A stretch of 64,000 bases of DNA from Octopus sinensis (lineage: Eukaryota). A program made the translations under genes and the position numbers. Positions 53,514-64,000 of this stretch are shown piece by piece; positions within the stretch are counted from its first letter, which is position 1, and each line of letters starts with the position of its first letter. Under the pieces are notes generated by a model. It was given only the letters and a program-made list of their open reading frames with translations, made no database searches and had not been told where the DNA came from. The DNA is taken from assembly GCF_006345805.1 (NCBI RefSeq), contig NC_043000.1, forward strand, positions 142,972,001 through 143,036,000, given 5' to 3'.

Positions 53514-54513
53514 TAATTCAAAGAAATATCGCATTTTTTATAGGCTTTTCTTGTGACTCTAAATTTATTTTTCACTATTTTAGGGGAATAAAAAAAATAG
53601 AATGAAACTAGACCTAACAGATTTAGAAAGATCAGGCAGATAAGGGTACTGGATTACCAGAATTAAGCCTTGAATCACATATTTTATTAAGCGGACGGTG
53701 TTTTTTTTATTTTTGTTTTTATTCGGTTTTTTATTTTTAAGTGACTATGTGCCTCAGTTCGTATTTTAGTAGCATATTATCTGGGAACATCACCAGTGAG
53801 ATATTGACATCCGTTCTGGAAATGGGAAGTTTTTTGCTCCCATTTACTGAATTTCTTAAACTAGCAGTAAATTGACTTTCAAACAAGATGTTAATTATAT
53901 ATTCATTATCATTTTATTCATTTAATATAAGTATTCTTTTTTCTTTGTAAAACTTGGATTCCCAATTGCAAGTTCGCCGAGGAACTTGCCATTCAGTAAT
54001 TTTGAGTCTTGTGCACAAGGGTAATAGTTTTTTAAAGGACAAATTTATGATATTGCTGTATATGGACTTCTACTATTTCTTTCCAGAATCAGACCTTTTA
54101 TCACATGCAACTGCAGCACTTCATTAGATATGCTTGTTTTTCAATAAACAGAAACATCAAAACGATTTTCAATTTTGTCACAATAACCTTGTCACATCCA
54201 ACAGTGCTAAAAGCACAAAATATTCTAAGAACACTCATGAATAACAGTTACAAATCTCTATGAATAATCCCTTTATGTCTGAGATTTATTTTGTTTTTTC
54301 TCATTCACACATACACACATATGCACATGTGCACACACACATATACACATACACAAATGCGCAGTATACTCACATTCTAAACTACATATACAATAAACAA
54401 CCATTTAGCATCTGCCTTGACTTTCTATTCCACTGCAGTCATTTATCAACCACTGAGCTGTGACTTTTTGTTTCTTCTACTGAAACTGACATGCTCTCTA
54501 TTTCTTTCAATGG

Positions 54514-54717
54514 AATGAGTGCATTCCATTTTTGCTTAATCCATTTCACATCATAAATTCTACAAAATTCCTGGGAGACAAGGATTAAGCTGTTTTCTTT
54601 TTTTTTTTTCACTCCCTTCTTACCAGAACTACAATTCACTGAAATTCCATCCATACCTATGGATATAGATTTACAAGTATATATATATATATATATTTAT
54701 ATACAAACACAGACACA

Positions 54718-54792
<75 letters not shown>

Positions 54793-55250
54793 CTCTCTCT
54801 CTCTTTCAGAGAGGCACTGAGCACCTACACGTACACATATGCACACGCCAGTAACTTCCACCTTCCGAATTCAATCACAAAGCTTCGGTTGGCTCGGGGC
54901 TATAGTAGAAGACACCTGCCCAAAGTGCCACGCAGTGGGACTGAACCCGAAACCATATAGCTAGGAAGCAATCTCCCTAACTACACAGCCACTCCTGCAC
55001 CTAAACTTTATCTGGTGATTGGAATGTAAATTAACACAGAATTTGGGGAAAAGGCTTTAATTTAGATCACTTCATCAGGAAGTGAATATCAATGTAATGA
55101 GTGTGTTCCATTTTTGCTTAATCCATTTCGCATCATAAATTCTACAAAATTCCTGGGAGACAAGGATTAAGCAATTTTCTTTTTTTTTTTTTTTTTTTCA
55201 ATCCTTTCTTACCAGAACTACAACTCACTGAAATTCCATCCATACCTATG
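54514..55250. repeat. ~150-bp direct repeats (54514-54660, 55097-55250) flanking a SINE-B 5' half and a MITE fragment
   Basis: aatgagtg..ttccatttttgcttaatccattt..ctgaaattccatccatacctatg occurs twice. Confidence 0.85.
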
Positions 55251-57851
55251 TTTTCCACATAACAGTATTCCTTCAAAGTATCAAATTGCTCATCAACTAT
55301 ATTACTTTTACTCAAATGTTTATACCAAACTCTTAAAAAAAAAAAAAAGACTTTTTACGATAAACATTAATAAATCTCATCAATTTACTTCTGGGCAAAG
55401 CTTATATATATATAAAAATGTGCTTGGATCAGTTTGTTTGACTCACAACAGGATTCCATGCTATTTCACAATGGTGTAATTAGCAATGGATAGGACATCA
55501 AACTATAAAAATCATTTGCTCTGGCAGAACGTAAATCTCAGAATTTACCAATGCTATTTCACCACGGTTAACATGAGAACATTGTTATGAAACAACAAAA
55601 CAACAACGATAATGATACAGAGTAAAAGGTTTAGTTTATGTTGTAGCATCCAATCTTCCGAGAACTGCATGTGTTGCATTTCCTTAATAGTAAAACTTAG
55701 GCTCTCGCAGTTTGTTAACTTACTTTCTTGTTATGCAGATAGCTTTTGTGTTAGCTTTCTTCCTTTCTTGCATCTTACACAGAGAATATTTTGTGATTGA
55801 CGGCTATGCATTAGTTTACTCTTGTGCCAGGACTTATGAGAATTGTGTGTGTAGTCATATGACATAAACTTGAACCGATTCCAAGATTCAGTGCCAAATA
55901 ATGTTTCGAATGCCAGCACCAAATTATGAAAACAACAAATTCAGAGAGGATATTACCACCACCAACAACAACAAAAACAACAACAACATCATTATTATTG
56001 CTATCATCATTATCATCATCATCATCATTATCCTCATCACCATCTTTACAGTTTCATTTTCAGCTTCCTTCTTTCGCTTTCTACCTTTCATGGCAACAGC
56101 TGTTGCAGGAATTCTAGTGTTATCCTTGCTTTTCCCCATAGGCTTCTGTTTGTTGGTGAGAACTGCTTCCTTCTTGAGTGATGTCAGGGGAGCATTTTAA
56201 TTTTTACCATTAAAGAATATCTATACAGTCAGACAGGTTTATGTACTGTTGCATTTACTGTCATTTGATAGCATCACATATTGTATAAGGTAATTCAAAG
56301 GTAACTCTTTACTGCTTTTTATGCCTCTTGACAACAGGTTTCTCATTCAAAATGTAGGTGTAAGTTTCTTAAAGGTTATGAATCCTTTGTAGGATGAGAC
56401 TTTCTGTCATTTCTCAACAAGTTGTTCGTAGTGGCGGTTCATTGCATTCTGACATCCTTTTATTTCTTACATCTATCTTTATCACTATCAATATCTTTAT
56501 CAACATTACTACAATCATCGTCATCATCGTTGTTGTCATTGTCGTCGTCACCATCATCATCATTTACAACATTGGATTGAGATTTATTTATACGAGCAAT
56601 ATTACACTACCTTAACCTTTCCAGCATATTGTAAAAATATTTAATGATTCTAACATATGTTTATATAAGTGCAAAACTCTATGTGTGTATTTATGTGTTT
56701 ATATAAGTATCTCCCAACGATATTCTGTACACTTATATTTTTATGAGGATTTCTGTATAAGTAGATGAACAAAAGGACACATCGACAAAAGTTTATACAG
56801 ACACCAAAAATGACATTTATTCTCATGTAAATGAGAACCAATATTGATTTCTGCATTATAAACCATCAAACAAACATTTTTTTTTTGTGTGAAGTCCATA
56901 ACTGAGTCAAGCTAACACTGTTCTTACCTGCTATACTGGCAACTGTGTGAAGTTGGTGATACCTTATGTATAACCCATCCCTCCACATACATACTTATTT
57001 ACAACTGATAAAAAAAAAGAGCAGTGCCAATAATGGAATATAGGCTCACAATCTTTTTAGATGACTGAATTACTTTTATACTTATATAGGCAAAAATAAA
57101 AGTAAAGCAAAAAAATAATGGTTTTCCTCATTGCCAAAATGTTTGCAAAGTTTCTGAAATCATTGAACGATTCACTAAATAATTTGATAAGTATGAAATA
57201 AGAAATTATGAGTTAGATCCCATCAGTGTTTGGTCTTCAAAAGTCTAAGCAATCATGCCACAATTAAGTCGAGATCATAAGAGACCAATCTGATTTCAAA
57301 GAGATGCCCGTGCCACAGATTTTCATGGCTTGCGTTCTCTCAGAGTGTAAGTGTCGATGATATAGACGTAAATGAAATTTGAATCCCTGGGTGGAATCTG
57401 AGCTACGAATGCAAGAGGCTGGAAAAGATGGGCAACTATTATAAGGCATCTCGTATGGAACTTTAATATCCTTCTATGAAAGGATGAAAAGTAAAGATCA
57501 CCTGGAATGCATTTAAATTCTGAGAAAATAATACCAAAGCATTCTATCTGATGCTTTAGCAAGTGCTCAGATTAAAGAATTAACACAGTTCTATGGTTAT
57601 ACTTACTTAGATTTGTGTGTACATGTGTATATATGTATGTGTGTGTGTATGTATATATATATGTCTGTGTATATATGGATGGGTGTATATATGTATATAT
57701 ATCTATGTGTGTAAATATATGTATGTATGCTTATACATATATGTGTACACAAACACACACACATATATATACATATATACATATATATACTTATATATAT
57801 ATATATATATATAAATATATATATACATATATACATACATATATATGTGTG

Positions 57852-57884
<33 letters not shown>

Positions 57885-58018
57885 ATGACAACATTTTATA
57901 AACAAACTTTAAAAGCATCAGATGTGCTTGGTATTTCACAGACGAGAAAGTTAATTTCAAAAGCAGTAAAGTTGTTCTTACAACATTACCATGCTTGAAA
58001 TTTACTTTCTTGTCTGTA

Positions 58019-58064
<46 letters not shown>

Positions 58065-58382
58065 TGTAATTCATGTGTATATTTATTGATGTATATGTGT
58101 GTGTGTGTGATGCAAACATTATGTATAACATGAAGACAAGGTAAAACGAACAAAGTGTATTAAGTTTATCCTCAGGAACAATGGGGGGAAAAAGTCTTGT
58201 TTTTTGAGTATATGCTTGTGTACAGAAACAATAGACAAGGAGAGAAAAAAACAGACACAAGAACAAGCATGTCTCAATTAGACAGTTACTACATATATTT
58301 TTTTATGTGTATGTATATACATGCTTTTGAACATGTATATACATGTTTTTGAACATGTATATATGTTCATACGTATATATAT

Positions 58383-58414
<32 letters not shown>

Positions 58415-59039
58415 ATATAATATATATATACATATATATTTATATATATGTGCACATATATAGATACGTGTACATATGCACACATGTCCCTGTATTATTA
58501 ATTTGTGTTAATGGTCAGTGTATGTACAATTTATGAATACTTAGATGTAAAGCAATTTTTCCCAATGACCGGCATTAGCTTTGGCTGTAATATTAATGAT
58601 TTCCTTCTCATAATGTCAACATCTATATCTTAGGAATGACAGTCAAATTAGGTTTCAGTGTAAACAGAACTTTCAACAGAAGATGGGTTACTTAAAAGGT
58701 ATGCTAAATCATTTGGTTTAACTTATTTCTGAGATTGAACATATATAGTGTCTGAAAACAAATGAATATGCACGTGCATTCAGTCGTACAGTGAAATTAT
58801 GTCCATTCTTCATTTAAGTTCTTCATTTAAGTTCAAGGTCAGTATTTCTCAGGGTTGGATAAAACCCGTTGAACTGATTCTATTTTACGGTTACTTAATT
58901 CATTCTCCTCTCAGAATTTCCACTCTAAGAGTGAAGATATCAAGAGAGAAGATATCAGATATTCTAAGTCATTTATTTTGATCTGGTTTTACTGGCTTCT
59001 CCTACTCATCCGTTTCCACTTTTATTGAGCCTAAATAAT

Positions 59040-60481
59040 GCTTTCTACAATAGGCACAAGCTTGAGACTTTGGCCCCCAGTGCTTCGTAATTATTTTATT
59101 GACCCTGAAAGGATTAAGGGCAAAGTTGATCTTGGAAGAATTTGAATTTATAATGTAATGCTGGAAGAAATGTCCCTAAACATTTTGTCAGGTACTCTAA
59201 GAACTCTGACAGCTGGCTGCCTTGAACTGAGCCTAAAAAAGAACAATGCAATAACCAGTGTTGAGTAATTTCAGTGTGTAACATGGTTACAATTGCCAGT
59301 TGAATTTCTGTCACAGAATCCCTTTAATCCCAAAAGTTTTGAGGTAACACTGAATATCATATAAATCATATGACCACAAAAACAAATAATAATAAATAAA
59401 TAAAAATAAAAATTCAGAATTCATATTTACATAGGAAACGCTAAAACAGGTTCTTAGAGTAGAATGAAACCTATGTTCTATAGAGGACGGAAACTAAGAG
59501 GTTTTGCCATTCTTTCCCCAAAGCTAAATGACTATCAAAGTAGAAATCATCTGATGGGAATTACAGCAGTGTTCATTGAGGAAGAGTCACCTGTATTGAT
59601 ATAACCACAACGACCGCTGCTGCTGCTGCCGCCACCACCACCACAACTACCACTGCCATCACTACCACCACTGCCATCACCACCACAACTACCACTACCA
59701 TCACTACAACTGGCTGATTTGCAAGAAGTGGGAATATCCAAGTAGACATTAGTATCTCACTGGTATTTTATTTCAGTGATACAAGAAGAAGAATATTTGA
59801 AGTCATAACAGAAGTTTGACATTAAAATTTTCTGTGGAAACTCATTAGACTCTGCAAGAAATATATTGTCATAAAAGTAATAATAATAATAATAATAATA
59901 ATCATAATGATGATGATAATAAGGATAATAATAATAATCCAGCAATTCTGAGCAAAGGAGAGTTGTTTGATATCTTTGACCCCAGTACTTCACAAGTATT
60001 TCATACAACTGACCACAAAAGGATGAAAGACAATGTTGACCATGAAATGAAATAATAACAATGATAATAATAACGTTTTCAAAGTTTGGCACAAGGCCAG
60101 CAACTTTGTGGGGAGGGGGGGGTTAGTCAATTACATCGACCTCAGTGTTCAGCATGTATTCATTTTATCAACCCCGGTAAGGATGAACAGCTGTTGACCT
60201 CAGTAGAATTTGAACTCAGAATCAAAAGAGCTAGAATAAATGTCCCTAACCATTTTCTACATTGTACTAATGAAAGCAGGAATAATAAGGATAATTTCTA
60301 ATATAGGCATAAAGCCACATATAGAACAGAAGGTGACTGGTACTTATTTTAGATGAAAGACAAGCTCAAATCAGGACAGATTCAAACCTACGATACCAAA
60401 GAATGTATTAAATACCATCAGATATTTTATCCATCACTTTGCAAATTCTGTCATCTACACACTTATAAATTGTGACACTTA

Positions 60482-60519
<38 letters not shown>

Positions 60520-60975
60520 GTTATTATTATTATTATTATTATTATTTTTCTCATTTTAGCAGATCTCTATGAATTTGTAATGGAGTTGTATATTCAACTG
60601 AATTGACTGGTACTAATTTTATTGCTCACAGAAGGATGAAAGCTAGATTTCATTGATGTCCATTCAGAATTGAGCTCAAAAATCTAAAGGATAGTAAAAA
60701 CAATATTAAAAGAAACTTAGTCCAGCATTCTTCTCTATCAAGAGGAAATGACAATAAGTCTTTCCACTATAGGTAAAAGGCCTGAAATTTTGACGGGGAG
60801 AAGATTAGTCAATTACGTCAATTCCAATGCTGACCTGGCACTTATTTTATCAACCCTGCAATTATGAAAGACAAAGCCGACCTCTGTGTAATTTGAACTC
60901 AATATGCAAAGCTAGACATGCAGCTAGGCATTGTTGCCTAGTATACAAACAATTTTGCCAATTCACCACCCTTGA
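59040..60975 (-). mobile_element. Cluster of degenerate family-C SINE copies separated by (TAA)n tracts
   Basis: Variants of gaaaggatgaaag..gttgacc..gaatttgaactcag recur at ~59100, ~60020, ~60180, ~60630 and ~60860. Confidence 0.6.
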
Positions 60976-61179
60976 TGAAAATGATAAAAATGATAATTAT
61001 AACGGTAAGAAGATAACTAAAATTTTAGACTAAATAAAAAAAATAAAATATATAACATTACAGATGAGATGAAGTCAACAGAAATACTATCTTGAAGTAA
61101 GGCTTATATATATGTATGTTTGTATATATACATATATAACATGCATATATTGTGTGGTGCGTATATATATTTATATGTG

Positions 61180-61258
<79 letters not shown>

Positions 61259-61785
61259 ATATATATATATATGTGTGTATGTATACAAATACACACAGAC
61301 AATAGATGAGAGCTAGATATGCTCAGTAAAGAAAACATGTAATAATGCTCAAATGAATTAGAACTTTGAGTCCTTCATCCAGAACTAGGTTCATGGCATC
61401 AACAGTGGCAATAAGATAAATCCAAGATGAGCCGATATAGAGGTAGTGATGCAGCTAAACACAATTAGGCTTCCCACACACACACATGTGTGCACATGCA
61501 CACACACATTCAGAATGACAAAGCCATATATAGACTTAAATATTCACATATACATTTACATAGAGCATAAATAATATAGAATACTAAGAAAAGAAAATAC
61601 ATAATTTCTTGATTCAACACCTGTTTCAAGAATTAGATAATAATTAACATTTATAATTTGCATATTTCATTGGTAAATTATTAATATTATAATTATTACA
61701 TAACTCTGAGCTTCCTGAAACAGTCGTCGAGTAAGAATTTATATATTCTGTTCTTTGTTTTCTGTGATTTTCATGCTCTCTGTAT

Positions 61786-61838
<53 letters not shown>

Positions 61839-62288
61839 ATTTAGAAGTATATGCATATTCATGTTTATTGGTCTATATATATATATATTTATATGTGACT
61901 CTGTGTGTGTGTCCCCAGTCTAATTTGTTTATTTGCATCACTATCTATATAGACATGTGTGGGTGTGAAATAAAAATAAAATAAAATAATTATTATCAAG
62001 TCATGAAACATTAAAACAACTGCAGAAGATGCTTGAAGATATGGCCGGTATCATCATATTCAGAGAATTAACATCAGCAAATATCTGAGTTAGAGCAAAG
62101 GTTTAAGGCTGAGTCCTTTCTGAAGCAAATAGCTTTTAGACTTTGTCTACAAATGAGCTTTTGCACTTGTATTCACACATTGATAACTAATCAACAAGCA
62201 TACATATACACACATATTCCAGCATATATGTTATGCCTGTATACAAACATAACATTTTTAGATACATACATGCATATAGATTTACAAG

Positions 62289-62319
<31 letters not shown>

Positions 62320-63182
62320 AAATACATATTCAGACATATATATATATATATAATTGATCTCTATAATGTAATGCAAGAAAGCATTCCCTTGATGATCCAT
62401 TGTAGTTAAGTACCTAATTGCACTTGGATCGTCCACTGGGGAAGATCCAATCAACCACTGTCTTGCAACATACACAGAGAACAAATGAAATAAAGTTGTG
62501 CTTACCATAATTTCTCCTACATACACCACACACACAACAGACACATTAATCCATGCATATATATTTTTTTAGTATTCTGAGGTAAATTATCTCATATATA
62601 TGATGAGTAAGTTTTAACTATAACATTACTTCTATATCTTTTATTAGTTTGTCTTTTTGAAACTGGGTCCAGACAAAATTGGCTGGACTGTGGATTTGCC
62701 TAAATTTGATTGTCTTTTATAAGGATTCTAGGATGATGGCTTTCAAAATGTTGATCTCAGTCTGACTTTAAATGTATGTACTACTTCAACTTCACTTATC
62801 GTTTATTTTCTATTTACTTCTATTTCTATGGTTGATTTTGTTTGTTTTTTTTCCATTCTTAATACTTTATTTTTAATGTTTTAATTATTGTAGTGAAACA
62901 AAAGAATTGTCTTGCATTAAAATTCTGTGAATATCCTCTTCAAAATTAGAAAATATTTTGTTTTTATGGCATTCCAAAACTTTAGGTTTCCTAGTTGTGT
63001 GTTGAATTAGTGCGTGCATTCATACACACCACACACAGTTGTCTTGTGTGTATACATGCATACATACATATTGAAATTTAATTTGCTTGGTTTTAATAAT
63101 AGAGTGTATATTTGACATCATATACAAAATATTCACACACACACATATATATATATGTATGTATGTATGTATATACATATAT

Positions 63183-63216
<34 letters not shown>

Positions 63217-64000
63217 TTGTACTGTATATACACATGCATTATGTATATAGCTGTGTCACTTAATTTGAAGACAAGCACACTACTAATGGTTAAAGATTAT
63301 TTCCATTTATTTAATCACAATTCAGTATGTATATGAATAAAAAGAACTTTATTACTCTTTGAGTATTCTTAGTTTAAAAAGATTTTAATTAGCATTAACT
63401 TAATTACTGACAAAATTAATGAAGTTACCAAACTGAAAGTCAGCTTAAGGACATTATAGAAAAAAATTTATCATAATTTTAATATTTGATAGTGTATTAT
63501 GGCCCTGTGCCAGAATTGGAAACCAATATTTCCAAGTATATTTTATCACAATAAGTTAAGCTATTAATAACTGATAGACTGTATAATCTTATGACCTGTT
63601 TTGTTGGGCAAATGTAAATGTTTATAATTAGAAGCAAGATAATGAATTGTACATATGCATAAATTGAAATGCAGTTTTTGATCCATAGCTGCTAAAGTTG
63701 GACACTCGGTAACTCACCACGATGTGGAACATCTTCAGTTGAATTGGTGGTTATCCTGAATGTGTTTGACCAGGGCACCTATGAGAAACTGCTGTAAAAA
63801 CGGAATGATACTGTCACTAAGTTATCGGTGAAGAACAGGAAAATTACTCTTAATATTTTTAACAATGTTGGATTCAAAATTTCACATATGAACTGATATA
63901 AAACTCTTGAAAAATCAACTGAAGTAATTGAGGCTTGAAGGATGCATTACATATGAAAGAAGCATTTTCTATGGAAAACCAGATACCTGTATTTAGTTCA

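Noticed and set aside
55600-56400. Lys/Asp-rich minus-strand frames suggesting a DNA transposase C-terminus
   Set aside because: Low complexity with no catalytic or DNA-binding motif recognised.
57268-57352. Plus-strand exon candidate ending in gtaagt
   Set aside because: No polypyrimidine acceptor, an in-frame stop just upstream, and an unrecognised peptide.
59547-59741. Gly/Ser-rich ORF
   Set aside because: A degenerate (CCA/CTA)n trinucleotide tract with no splice or homology support.
62416-62470. miR-92-like aattgcactt plus small hairpin
   Set aside because: Only the seed region matches, and the hairpin is too short and in the wrong register for a pre-miRNA.

Overview
This is AT-rich, microsatellite-saturated eukaryotic DNA with no convincing intact host gene. 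The repeat families look like those of an octopus/coleoid cephalopod genome (inference from family appearance, not verified). Almost all ORF-track entries are translations of (TA)n/(CA)n/(TAA)n/(GAT)n tracts or of SINEs. The window is a mosaic of transposon debris: at least three tRNA-type SINE families, RTE, CR1-like and RLE (R4/Dong-like) LINE fragments, a decayed Penelope-like element (DKG + RT + GIY-YIG), Tc1 and Helitron remnants, piggyBac-type and foldback MITEs, and a near-identical 2.06-kb tandem duplication. The most interesting signal is a set of four otherwise unrelated non-coding elements that each carry a type I hammerhead-ribozyme core. All four have an A after C(U/C)GANGA and a minimal, mostly palindromic stem III. 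One (25592-26757) is a ~546-nt structured monomer present as a circularly permuted tandem plus an inverted copy. That is the signature expected of a retrozyme/non-autonomous Penelope partner copied from a circular or multimeric RNA. Coordinates were read by eye, and the edges of decayed elements are approximate.
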